Assembly: GCF_006345805.1 (NCBI RefSeq)
Contig: NC_043012.1
Location: 56,296,001-56,360,000, forward strand
Source of the DNA: Octopus sinensis
Lineage: Eukaryota
Length of the DNA stretch: 64,000 bases
Reading direction: 5' to 3'
A program made the position numbers and the translations under genes. The notes beneath the pieces were generated by a model. That model saw nothing but the letters and a program-made list of their open reading frames with translations, made no database searches and had not been told where the DNA came from. Positions 1 through 12,174 of this stretch are shown piece by piece. Numbering within the stretch: the stretch's first letter is position 1; every line of letters starts with the position of its first letter.

Positions 1-254
1 CTTCTGGGTATTAGCATGAGTCTACGATTTTAAAAATAATTTACCATCATTTTTTTTTCATTTTAATGCATTTTTTCGCTATTATATAAGGGAAGTAACT
101 CTCTAAAAATGTCTTCGATAAGTCAACGATTTTAAAAAAATTTACCATCATTTTTTAGTGCATTTATTTTGCTATTTTTTGGCTATAACTCTCTAAAAAT
201 GCTTATATAGTTATTTCCCTTACAAACCCGAGCAACGCCAGGCGATACTGCTAG
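1..254 (+). mobile_element. Non-autonomous Helitron, 3' portion (runs off window start)
   Basis: Ends cccgagcaacgccaggcgatactgCTAG|T: GC-rich subterminal motif plus CTAG before T. Near-identical to the end of 38151-38520. Carries two tandem copies of a ~100-bp internal unit. Confidence 0.8.
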
Positions 255-466
255 TTCATATATATAGATGGACAGATGGAAAGAGAGAAAATCAAATACA
301 AAAATACAAAAACCAGAAGTCCAAGAAACATTCACAATTGATTATTATTAGTTTGATGGTCAAAGAAGGAAAAAAGTTATGAAGTGAAAGTTGTAAAAAT
401 GAAATAAGAAAGAAAGCTAGGATTTTTGAGTAATTCATGTGTTTAATATCTGTGTGTGTGTGTGTA

Positions 467-840
467 GGAGCTTGGGTGTGGCTGTGTGGTAAGAAGTTTA
501 CTTCCCAACCACATGGCTCCAAGTTCATTCCTGCTGCATGGCACCTTGAACAAGTGTCTCCTACTATAGCCCTGGGTTAACCAAAGTCCTGTGAGTGAAT
601 TTTGTAGATGGAAACTGAATGAAGCCCATTGTATATGTGTGTTTGTGTTTGTTTGTCCCTCACCACTGTTTGACAACTGGTATTGGTGTGTTTACATCCC
701 TATAACTTAGCAGTTCAGTAAGAGACCAAAAGAATATAAATACAAGCCTATAAAAACAAAGTCATTTGACTAAAAATTTTCAAAGCATTGCCCCAGCATT
801 ACTATAGTCTAATAGATGAAACAAGTAAAAAAGATAAAAT
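467..840 (+). mobile_element. tRNA-derived SINE, family A (decayed)
   Basis: Head ggtgtggctgtgtggtaagaag...gttcattcc, internal (TG)n, tail ccccagcat...gaaacaagtaaaa. Homologous to >15 other copies in the window. Confidence 0.85.
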
Positions 841-1489
841 ACTGTATATATATATATATATATATATATAGTCTTTTACACACACATACTCCTACCAATA
901 TGTAATCCCACCACTATTTATAGGATGATAGACAATGAAATGGTAAACTCACAGTGTGCTACAAAGGAAAAAATATGTTGTGTTCACACACAACAATCAG
1001 CTTACTCCTGTCTTCCTCACTATTTGAGAAAAATCATTGAAATTTTTTATGATGTCACGAAAACCCAGCACCGAAGAATAAAACCCTAATTTTACTGCAC
1101 CATAAACAATCACCTAGATACACTTACATTTGTCTCTTATTCAATGCTATTTCACACACACACACTGCTACTGTTATTTAAATTTTTAGGTCACAAAAAC
1201 CCAGCACTGAAGAACAAAGCTCTAATCTTGAATTCTCCCTGATTAATTCCGAAATAAACTAACTCAATCCTCTTATATTTGTCATCCATTCATTACCATT
1301 CCCTGCCACCACAGACTTTCCACAAATGAAAGTCTGTATCAACTGCAACAACAGTGACAGACTTCTCTACAGCACTTACTCCAATAGAATTACCTTAGAC
1401 TTAGCTATCTTTTTTCCTTTTCTATCAAGCTTAAATTTCCATTTATTGATCATGACAATAATTCTTCTCCAAAAAAAGCTTTTTTCCTT

Positions 1490-1790
1490 ACTTTTTACTT
1501 ATTTCAGTCATTGGACAACAGCCATGCCAGGTATATATTCTATCATTCTCTTTTGTCAAGCAGCTAAATTATGGGGATGTAATCAAATCAACACTGACAA
1601 GTGGTGGGGGTGGGACAAATACACACACACACAACTTGCACACAGCTTCCTTCGGTTGCTTTCTACCAAATCTACTCACAAGGCTTTGGTTGACCCAGAA
1701 CTATAGTATAGCTCGCCCAAAGTACTGCGAAGTGAGATTGATCCCAAGACCACATGGTCGGGAAGCAAGCTTCTCAATCACACAGTCATG
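1490..1790 (-). mobile_element. SINE family A (internally deleted)
   Basis: Reverse-complement head (aagcttctcaatcacacagtc) and tail (tacttatttcagtcatt). Confidence 0.8.
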
Positions 1791-1886
1791 GTTATTTTTT
1801 TAGTTATATTTTGTTTTACAACTTTAGTTAGATCCCTAAATGGCACTTTTAGTTACCATATAACTAAATGTGGACAACAATACAGA

Positions 1887-2290
1887 CCCTGATATATAAA
1901 ATGATGGGCCAGTCACAACTGGAATATCTTTGGTTATAAGAATGGCTGATGCAAGACTAAGCATCAGTTCATAGTAGGCAATATGGACAAATGTCTTCTA
2001 CAATGCTATAACAATCATCCTCATAAATGACAAGATCTGAAGAGCCCTATTAGACAATATTATTCCTGACATACAAAATGATGGGGTGGTTATGGTTAGA
2101 ATGTCTTTAATCATATGTTTGGTCAATCAGGAGCTAAACAGTTTACAATAGGTGACAATATGGATAGATATGTCTTACCATCTAACAACAATCACTTTCA
2201 TAGATGACAACGTGGAGTAATCTAATTGGCCCTGATATACAAAATGATGGTCACTATTGGTCACTATTGGGGTGTCTTTGAGCACATATC
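1887..2290 (+). repeat. Three degenerate ~170-bp direct repeats
   Basis: cctga(t/c)ata(t/c)a...aaatgatgg recurs at ~1888, ~2065 and ~2231. The first two units also share caatatgga...atgtctt...aacaatca...catanatgacaa. Confidence 0.55.
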
Positions 2291-3480
2291 TAAATGGCCT
2301 TATTTGGTTTAACCATATAACAACAGTTCAGCAATGAACACAAAATAAATTTCCCATCAAAGTATGCTAATTAATAATTCATTAAGAAAGCAGTGAAACT
2401 GACTGAAACAATAGAGTCCTGTACTAAACGACATGCAGAATGTCCAGTCCTCTGCCTTTATGTTCTGAATTCAAATCTCAATGGTTTTAACATCACATTT
2501 CACCTCTCTTCTCTGCAGAGACAAGAAATTTACTGGAATCAGCACTGTCTACTGTCATAGCTCTAAAAATCAACATTATGCTAAGTCGAATGAAATCACA
2601 ATTTTATTAGTTTCACAGTTGCTTCCTGCTATTGACCATAGGTACATGGGTTAAATGGGTACAGGCAATGGCTGTGAGGTTAACAAGTTTACTATAAAAC
2701 TATATGATTCCAGGTTCGATCACACTATGTAGTTACATCAACAAGTGTCTTTTACTATAGCCTTAAGTTGACCAAAGCCTTGAGTTAAATTTGATAGATG
2801 AATACAGTACAGATGTCTGTCAAAAGGATTGTTTTGAGGTTGGTAGATTTAATCCATAATCCAGTTTAAAACTATCACATAGATTTAGGGTAACTTTAGT
2901 GGAATCCACTCATTTTCCTCAAGGATTTGAGCCAGATCTCCAGTCTCACAGTAATTTTCAGAGGATAATCCTTTACATGGTTTCCAAAATTCACTGTTTT
3001 TCTTCTAAATCATAAAAATCCTATAAAGCTGATAGCCCACAGGTCAATGTTGATCAAGCAGACATATAACTGAAAACTATCTTACCATGATCAGCCTACT
3101 ATATTTCTATGTTCAAAAGTTTCAGGTTCACATCATCCGTTGTGTCCCTTTCTAAGACAGAAGAGTTTGGGATAAAAGAGTATGGTTGTTTTTTGTTTTT
3201 TTTATACAAGGCTTAATAACTCTTTACTACTGTGATCCCAACTTTTAAATATAATTTAATCATATGTAAGGGTTTAATATCTTTAACATAGTGAATTACA
3301 AAACTTCAATCAAATGAGATTATCCAAGCAATTAGTAGACAAAAAAACACTTCCTCCTAGCACTGTTTAGAATCTAAAAACAAGAATAGAAATAACATCA
3401 ACAGATACAATGGACATGCTTCAATCTTATTAGGACCTCTTCAGCAAAGCATACTCTACTCAGCTTGCAAGAATAAATAA

Positions 3481-3538
<58 letters not shown>

Positions 3539-5583
3539 TACTGTTCCGTTGTTGATAGGATCAACACAAAAAGTACTCCATCTAGTGAGGGATAAATATC
3601 ATTTAATAAACACAGAATTTATAAGAGCTTACTTTAGGTTTCATGCTCTTTTTGAGCATGAACAATTGCATAATGGAGTGTAGCATGCTATACAAACACA
3701 TCTGATTATGGTACAATCTGAGCAAGAAACTTATAGTTGCTCTCATATAAATCCTGTGTCGATTAAATGAAACATATATCATCATCAACATGCATTTTTC
3801 CATGCTTGCTTGTGTCAGACAAAACTTTTTTTAAATTTTTCTATAACCAGAAGCTTTTCTTGTTGTCAACCCTCATTTGTTTCCAAGCCAGATAATATTT
3901 TCCCAAATTCTTCAACCAACAAACAACTCAATGGCCAAACAGGTTTCCATAGGAGACAACATCCTTTGTATGAATGGTTGCTTTGTTATCAATCAGTGTA
4001 CAAATATCAAGACAAGAATCCACAAACACTTTCTCATGTCTGCATGCACATATATTCACAGATTCAACTAATTTCCCTCGCATTGGTCAACCTGCACCTA
4101 TAAGAGAAGACACCAGCTGACAGTACCCAGACAGTGGGAGAGAAACCCTAAACCATATGTTCCAAATAAAACTTCTTATCCAAACAACCATGCCTGCACA
4201 TATATCATCATCATTCTTTGTTAACTTTCTATGCTGCTATGGCTTGAACAGGTCATCACAGTCCAAATCATTTCTTATTAGGAGTCACTGCTCTCAGACA
4301 AGTGCTTATAAATGACAATTTGGTTTAGTTTCTAAGGCTGGATACCCTTCCTGTTGCCAACCACTTTACAGAGTGAACTGGATGCATTTCCTTGTGGCAG
4401 ACACCAATACTACAGAGGTTGAATAGCTCTTGGGAAGATAGAACTAAAGGGACTGCAGAGCTCTACACTTTCATGGGCATTCGTCAACCACTTTACAGTA
4501 TGTACTCGGAGCATTTTCATGGACTAGCACTAAAGATATTGCCTTACACACCAACAAATGTAGAGGGAATACAGTGAAGAGATTGGTGTCTGTTGTGGCA
4601 CAAACACAAACGTTGGGGAACCTGTGTAAAGTGTTCAGCAAACTAAAACATGCAGATCAAGGCGTGGAACAGGAGAGAGCATAATGATGGCAGAAAAGCA
4701 AGAAAGGGGTGAGTGAAGGAGACAAGAATTTAATTGTAGGAAGTACTCGGTATCCTAGGATATGTACATTTGCATAAAATATTCTCTTTGTCAACAGAAA
4801 TGAGTAAACAATCTCTGATAAGAGTTTAATGGAATTTGAAATTAGATTAATCATATTTTCAGCCACAGAGAGGAAACCCTGAGAGAAGTTAAATAACATA
4901 TTTACTGAAAACACATGTTAGTAATGTTTAACTTGCATTTTAAATTATCCTAAACAATAAATAAATAAATAAATAATATAAAAAATAAAACAAATAAAAA
5001 TGAAAATATTTTTAAAATCCACTGTATACTGTTTCTGATAATATAAGTAATCCTGGACTTATAAAGTTTCATGTGTTGACACAATCTTCAGCAAGAGAGA
5101 AAACTGAAAGGAATGAAGGGATGCAGATCATCATCATCATCAACATCATTTAATGTCCATGTTCCATACTGGCTTGAATGGATATCTGAATATTCAATGT
5201 ACTTCCATCACATGGTAAACTCTGCTTATCACATTGATAGTATAAATTCAAACAAACAATACAAAAAAAAAACTTTTACCTTTCACAACTTAAAAAAGGT
5301 GTAATGTATTAAAATATATCAAGTAGTCTGACTGTCTCCTTAGTTATACACCATGCCATACATTCCCCTCCCCTCTTGACATGGGGACATGTTAAGTGTA
5401 GTGATTTTTCTAGGCTTTTTTTATTGCCTTTATTTCTTTACATGCCAAAAGGAACCACACACATCATTCACCCATCTTGTCTTTCTGTTGAAACACATGT
5501 GATTCAGAGTCCTTCTTTAAATGTCTTCCCTTTTTGTTTCTAGTAGCACAAGCAGGTCAGATTGCACTAAGCAGTGTCTATGT

Positions 5584-5820
5584 TTCTTATTTCTTTACTG
5601 CCCACAAGGGGCTACACACAGAGGGGACAAACAAGGACAGACAAACAGATTAAGTTGATTATATTGATTCCAGTGTGTGACTGGTATTTATTTAATCAAC
5701 CCCAAAAGGATGAAAAACAAAGTCGACCTTGGCGGAATTTGAACTCAGAACATAGCGGCAGACGAAATACCACTAAGCATTTCGCCTTGTGTGCTAACGC
5801 CTCTGCCAGCTTGCTACCTA
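5584..5820 (-). mobile_element. tRNA-derived SINE, family B (tail type B1)
   Basis: Reverse complement of the 56122 copy: core gtcgactttg...tttcatcctttgggg, tail tgtctgtccttgtttgtcccctc...agccccttgtggg. Confidence 0.85.
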
Positions 5821-7013
5821 TGTTTCTGCCAGACCTCTGTCTCATTTATAAACAAATGTTCTAGCTATGTTGATGTACTGCCTTGTTTAATGTCGGATGG
5901 AAATAGTAGTGATAAATATTGCTTTTGTTGATCGAAGGATAAACATAGACAAGTGATGAGAGCAAGCTGTTTATCCTTTACATGGTACTAGAAATGTTGT
6001 TGCTGCTCTTGGAATGATGGTGGAAATAGTTTTGTCATTGCTACTGTATTTACTTTAAGGAAAGATTTTGGGTGACAACTACCATCATCCACCATTCTTT
6101 TGTTGGCTGCCTGGGGAAACCACCAACATATATTATGCTTTTAAAAACAACTTTAGCCCAGTGGGATAACAAACAAATAAACCAGCCACTTGGATCATGG
6201 TTCACTTCACAATAAAAGGAACAACAAAAATTTTTAAGACAAAAGAGCAAACTATACAAGATGTAAGGAGCAATGGAAAATGTGTGACATGCAACCGGAA
6301 GCCAACAAGAACAATAATAATAATCCTTTCTACTAGAAGCACAAGGTCTCAAACTTTGGGCAAGGGACTAAGTCGATTACATCGACTCCAGTACATAACT
6401 GAAAGGATGAAAAGCAGAGTCAACCTCAGTGGAATTTGAACTCAGAACATAGTCACAAAATACTGCTAAGCATTTCGCCCGGCATACTAATGATTCTGCC
6501 AGCTCGCCACCTTCAAGAACAATAATAATAGTGGTTTCAAATTTTGGCACAAGTCCAGCAAATCTGGGGGAGGTGGAGAGGTCAATTACATCATCCCCAG
6601 TGCTGAACAGGCATTTATTTTATCGACCCCACAAAAATGAAAGGTGAAGTTGACCCCACTAAGCATTTTGCCTGGCATGCTAACAATTCTGCCAGCTTGC
6701 CACCTTAACAATCCTTTCTACTAAAGGCACGGGGCCTGAAATTTTGGGGGAGGGGGTCAAGTTGATCCCATCGACCCCAGTGTTTCACTGATGCTCAATT
6801 TATCAACCCCAAAAGGATAAAAGGCAAAGTCGACCTTGGCAGAATTTGAACTCAGAATGTGAAGATAGATGACATGCCACTAAGCATTTTGCCCAATGAG
6901 CAAACAATTCTACCAACTCACCACCTGAATTAATGATAATAATAATAGATTTTGATTTTGTTATTAATCTTTTCTTTAACTTTTGTTTTATTTTCTATAA
7001 AATTACGCTTTTT

Positions 7014-7412
7014 TTCACTCTTTTACTTGTTTCAGTCAGTTGACTGTGGCCATGCTGGAGCACCACCTTTAGTTGAGCAAATCGAGCCCAGGACTTATTC
7101 TTTGGATGCCTAGTACTTATTCTATCGGTCTCTTTTGCCGAACCGCTAAGTTATGGGGACATAAACACACCAGCATTGGTTGTCAAGCAATGTTGGGGGG
7201 ACAAACACAGACACACAAACATACACACATACACATATATATACATATATACGACAGGCTTCTTTCAGTTTCTGTCTACCAAATCCACTCAAGACTTTGG
7301 TCGGCCCGAGGCTATAGTAGAAGATACTGGCCCAAGGTGCTACACAGTGGGACTGAACCCAGAACTATATGGTTTGTAAACAAGCTACTTACCACACAGC
7401 CACTCCTATGCC
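7014..7412 (-). mobile_element. SINE family A, near full length
   Basis: Complete head-to-tail homology to the 46320 copy in reverse complement. Confidence 0.9.
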
Positions 7413-7897
7413 TATAATAATAATGGTGGCTTCTAATTTTGTCACAAGGTGAGAAATTTTGAGGAGAGAGTTAGTTGGTACCATCAACCCTAGTACTTGA
7501 CAGTTACTTTATTTTATTAACTCTGGAGGGATGAAAGATAAAGCTGACTTCAGTGATTTGAACTTGGGGCATGAAGATGCTAGAACAAATGCCACGAAAT
7601 ATTTTTCTCAACACTAACAATTCTACCAATCCTAAAAAAAATGCCAGCTGTTCTTCATAATAATAATAACAATGATAATAATAATTCTTTCAAATTTTGG
7701 CACATGGCCAGTAATTTTGAGGGAAGGGGGATAGTTGATTACATCAACCCCAGTGTTCAATTGGTACTTATTTTATCAACCTTGAGATGATGAAAGGCAA
7801 AGTCTGCTTCAACAACATTTGAACTCAGAATGTGAAGCTGAAAGAAATGCTACTAATTATTTTGTCTAGCATGCAAACAATTCACCCAGCTTGCTGC

Positions 7898-7936
<39 letters not shown>

Positions 7937-8177
7937 CCTTCCTAATATAGGCACAAGGCCTGAAATTTGGGGCGAGGAGACTAGTCAATTACATCAACCC
8001 CAGTACTCAACTGGTACTTATTTTATCAACCCCAAAAGGATGGAAGACAAAGTTGACCCTGGCAGCATTTGAACTCAGAATGTAACAACAGATAAAACAT
8101 TGCTAAGCATCTTGCCCGGCGTGCTAATGATTTTGCCAGCTCTCCGCCTTAATAATAATAATAATAATAATAATAAT

Positions 8178-8810
8178 AGGTGCTTGGTGCCAAAATACAC
8201 AGGAAAAGGTAATGGACAAAAAGAGGAAGGCAAAAATCCTCTAGGACTTTGACTTCCAGACAGACATGGTGTTAGAGCACTGAATGCCAGATATAGGAGG
8301 GACAAACAAGAGTGCCTAATAATTGACATGGCAGTGCCAGGAGATCAACATTTTTATCATGAAAGAAAGAGAAAGGGATGATAAATATGGAGACCTGAGA
8401 ATTGAGATTCTTTTCTACTCTAGGCACAAGGCCCAAAATTTTTGAGGAGGGGACCAGTCAATTAGATTGACCCCAGTATGCAACTGGTACTTAATTTATC
8501 GACCCCCAAAAGGATGAAAGACAGGCAGCTACAAGAGTCAAACATAAAGGTTATCCCTATTGTTATTAGAGCATTGGGTTCAATACCACCCAATCTAAAA
8601 AAGCATCTGAAAATCTTAGAAATACCCTACAGTCTAGATATATTGCAAAAGTTAGCATCACTTGGAACTGCATGCATATTACATAAGGTACTGTCTGTCT
8701 GGGGTCCTTGTTATGACTTGACAACCAGTACAAACCCCTAGTAGACACAATATCTTCAATCAACAAACTCACAATATTGTATGCTGTGCAACGTTTATAA
8801 TGGAAATAAT
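8178..8810 (+). mobile_element. R4/Dong-clade non-LTR retrotransposon 3' fragment (restriction-like endonuclease), split by a SINE at 8411-8520
   Basis: Translates to KIL*DFDFQTD...CLIIDMAVPGDQH...DKYGDLRIEI and KVIPIVIRALGSIP...LQKLASLGTACILHKVL, matching the RLE PD..D/KY motif. Flanked by (TAA)n. Confidence 0.8.
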
Positions 8811-9054
8811 AATAGTAATAATTATTTCTACTAAAGACACAAAGCCTGAAATTTGGGGGAGGGGATGAGTCGATTACATTGACCCCAGTGTTTCATTGGT
8901 ACTTATTTTATTGACCACAAAACGACGAAAAGCAAAGTCGACCTCGGTAGAATTTGAACTCAGAACATAAAAACAGACAGAATACTGCTAAGCATTTAGC
9001 CTGGCATCATAACAATTCTGTCAATTTACTGCCTTGAAGAGAAGTCAATATTAA

Positions 9055-10715
9055 TCATAGAATCTTCTATAGTGACACATTATCTTCTTTGTTATTCTGT
9101 TTATCCCTGTTTCTCCGAAGAAAAGTCTTGAATAAAACAAATTACAGATACAAGGTGCATGAAACAAAAAACCATCAAACATTTTTCTATAAGACATAAA
9201 TTTTTTTATGAAAAATGATCAACTTCAGATGCTCCTTCACATAGTCAAGCAATTTAGTGATGACATCAAAGCTACATTTGTCTCAGGAAATCTTTGAAAC
9301 ATGCATTATCACTCTAGATAGATACCAAGAAAAAAGAATTGGAACCTGCAAACAGTTATAAGTAACTAAGTATTTGTGAAGGAGATGGAATTAAGTACTC
9401 GCTAATGAGAGTAAGAATAAGATATACAATAGTAGAGTAAGAGCTATTCTGAAAAGCAAGAAGAATGGTAGAAACAAAATCAAGGTTATAAACACATTAG
9501 CCATGCCTATAATCACATACAGTTTCAAAGCAGATCTAGTTAGAGTACACCTTCCAAAAAAAAGATGGTGGTCAGGCATTAATACAACTCTCATTGAAAA
9601 TTGTAACTATGGAACTTTGTGTCTGCAATGAGCAAATGACTAGATATTAAGGCTGTTTCTGAAACATGAAGATACCAAATAATTGCAGACACTGACAAAA
9701 AAGTTGCAATAATATATCTTTGAAATGCAGCTAGGTGAACCAGTACTAAAAAAAAATGTGTCCTCAACTGACAAGGCAAATCAAATAAAAAAAAAAATAT
9801 AGCCAAATAAACCAGCCTCCAATACAGTAAGGGAAAATGGATACAAATAATCTGAACCAGGGACGATGATGCAGACCAAACTCTTACTTGGATGCTCTGC
9901 TCTCAAGCTAGAAACTGCTACTCAGGATCAGTTCCTTCCAACCCGGAATTACCAGTGTAATGTTCTGAAATATGAAAGCAGCCCATTGTGCTGTGTTTGT
10001 GGAGAATATCCAGAGACAATCAACCACATGGTTTCTAGATGCAGCCAAGCAGCACCAATAGAGTACTTGCAACGACATGACATGGCATCTCAGGACATAC
10101 ATGGGTCAATCTGCTGCACACACAACTTCCTTCATAAAGAGAACTGGCTGTCCAGAATGCTGAAAGTGCCATCATTTGGAGTTTCAATCTTTTAAAGACT
10201 GATCAAGAAATTCAAGACAACTGACCAGATATCATTGTGAAAAACTTTGAAAAGACATGTTTTGATGGATGTTGCTGCTCCAACTGACAGAAACATCTCC
10301 GAAAATGTTTGAGAGACTTGGAGATAGAAATCAGAAGTATGTGGTATCTCAAAGCAACATTATCTATTGTCACTGAGATGCTTTGAATGATATGAAAAGG
10401 AGCAAACAAATACACACAACCAAATTCCTGGCAGCCCCAAAATAAGTGAATTGTAAAAGATCAGGCTTATGGGTACCTCACATATTTTACATAAATTTCT
10501 CTCCGCATAAATACAATCTTATTCATTCAGTCTTATTTTGAATTTTATAAAGAGAGTTTTTTTTATATATAAGATACATCAGTTTTTTCCAACCGCATGA
10601 CACCTCACCTATTTGCATCATTTGATGCAAAAGTCTGTTGTCCATTGCAACCTCTGGTTAAGACTTGGAAACAGCTTGTGTAAATTAATGCAAAATCAAA
10701 TAATAATAATAATAA
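9055..10715 (+). mobile_element. R4/Dong-clade LINE, 5'-truncated and decayed (RT end, CCHC finger, RLE)
   Basis: Fragments SSLLFCLSL...VKQFSDDI, RVRAILKSK.NGRNKIKVINTLAMP, QDQFLPTRNY...LCCVCGEYPETINHMVSRC...EYLQRHD and PDIIVK...FLMDVAAPTD. Ends in (TAA)n at ~10700. Confidence 0.85.
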
Positions 10716-10719
10716 AGTT

Positions 10720-11105
10720 TTCAAATTTTGGCACAAGACCAGCAATTTTTTTTTAGTGGGGGGAGTATGTCAATTACATCAACCCCTAGAGTTCAACTGG
10801 TGTTTCTGCCAGTTCACCACCTTAATAATGATGATGATGATGAGGATGATAATTTCTTTTATTGGCAACAAGGGCCCATATTCAGAAGTGGAGAATAAGT
10901 TTCAAATTTTGGCACAAGGCTACCAGGTTCAGAGAAGGGATTAAGCTGATACATTGACCCCAGTGCACAACTGGTACTTATTTTATCAGCCCAAAAGGGA
11001 TGAAAGACAAAGTCGACCATGATGGAATTTGAACTCAGAATCAGACGGACAAAATGCCGCTAAGCATTTTGCTCAACATGCTAATGGTTCTGCTAGCTTT
11101 CTACC
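10720..11105 (-). mobile_element. Two SINE family B copies
   Basis: Same core (aaagtcgacc...ggaatttgaactcagaa) and orientation as the 6.3-9 kb cluster. Confidence 0.75.
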
Positions 11106-11209
11106 CTAATAATGATATATTGTAATAACATAAGTAAAATTGTTTTTCAAAAGAACAATTTACAAATCATCTATATTATAATTCTTTTTCATTCACACGT
11201 TACACTTTA

Positions 11210-11610
11210 GTTAGCGAGAGAGAAGGGAAAATGGAGTGAGAGAGGGAGGTGGAATGAGAGAGAGAGGGAAAGAGAAATAGAGAAGAAAGAAGTAGAGAAA
11301 AATGTGTACATAAGTATGCATGTATATATCAATATGCTATGGAAAAATACGTGATGCTGCGGTTAGTTGAAAGGAGAGAGAGAGGAGATAGACAGAGAGA
11401 GAGAGAGAGGAAATAGAAAGGAGAGAAAGAGTGAAAGGTGGTCAGCAGTGAGAGATCGGAGGAAAGGATTGCTATTATGGAATATGGTTAAATAGTTGAA
11501 GGAAGAGGTAGAGAGAAAGAAAGAAGGGTAAGAGAATATTTAATGCAGGGGAGATGTAGCATAGTTGAAAGAAGGAGAAAATGAGGAGAGAGAGAGAGAG
11601 AAAGTGTTTA
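11210..11610. repeat. Imperfect (GA)n / polypurine tract
   Basis: ~400 bp dominated by G and A on the + strand, with several (GA)n runs. Confidence 0.9.
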
Positions 11611-12174
11611 CTGAAGGGAACAGCAAAAAATGTTAGTTTTTATGCTTTGTTTTTAATTTTCATATCACCCATTAGTTAATAGATGTGCTCAGTCAAAGCT
11701 TATAAAATATGGCCAACAACACACGGCATAAAACTAACAAGACACAGAATGATAGTTTTTTTTTTCCAAATAACTGTATTAACATTTGTTAAAACTGTAC
11801 CAATGTAGTAAAACAGAATAATATGATAGATAATGTTTTTGATTTTGCTCTATAATTAATACTGTTTACTTTTTAACATAAAGTAAAAAATAACAGACAA
11901 CTCACAAATTAGAAGACATAAGGATATAAAATCTTTCAGATGTTTCTTGAGATTGCACCTTTAATATTACTTATATGGTCTTTTACGTCATCTCAAGGTT
12001 CTAATGGTTCAGAAAATTATACGATTCCATCTTACCATTTTCAAAATAACCATGGAATTTCCACAAGGTGCTACTCGTATAATAATTATTTGAAATAAAT
12101 ATTCTTGTTGTTGGTTAAAGAAATTTAGACAAAACGAAAACAAAAAGAAAAACAAAAGCTTCTGTCACATTAAA

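Larger units (their letters stand above)
6320..9035 (-). mobile_element. Cluster of ~8 co-oriented SINE family B copies separated by (AAT)n
   Basis: Copies at ~6320-6515, 6530-6705, 6710-6905, 7425-7630, 7685-7900, 7935-8150, 8411-8520 and 8820-9035, all minus strand. Most have tail type B2 (aaatttcaggccttgtgcc...ggattattatt). Confidence 0.85.

Noticed and set aside
1887-2290. Repeat-spacer-like periodicity as a CRISPR array
   Set aside because: Eukaryotic context, degenerate ~170-bp units, no identical short repeats and no cas genes.
3631-3717. Minus-strand exon candidate (acceptor tttcttgctcAG, donor AAA|GTAAGC)
   Set aside because: Only one frame is open (LYHNQMCLYSMLHSIMQLFMLKKSMKPK), with no link to other exons. 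Too weak to list as a feature.
7073-7417. Recurrent ORFs containing SFSFRLPNPLTRLWSARGYSRRHLPK (7073, 15544, 21126, 25663, 35267, 48827)
   Set aside because: These are chance open frames of the SINE-A consensus, not a gene family.
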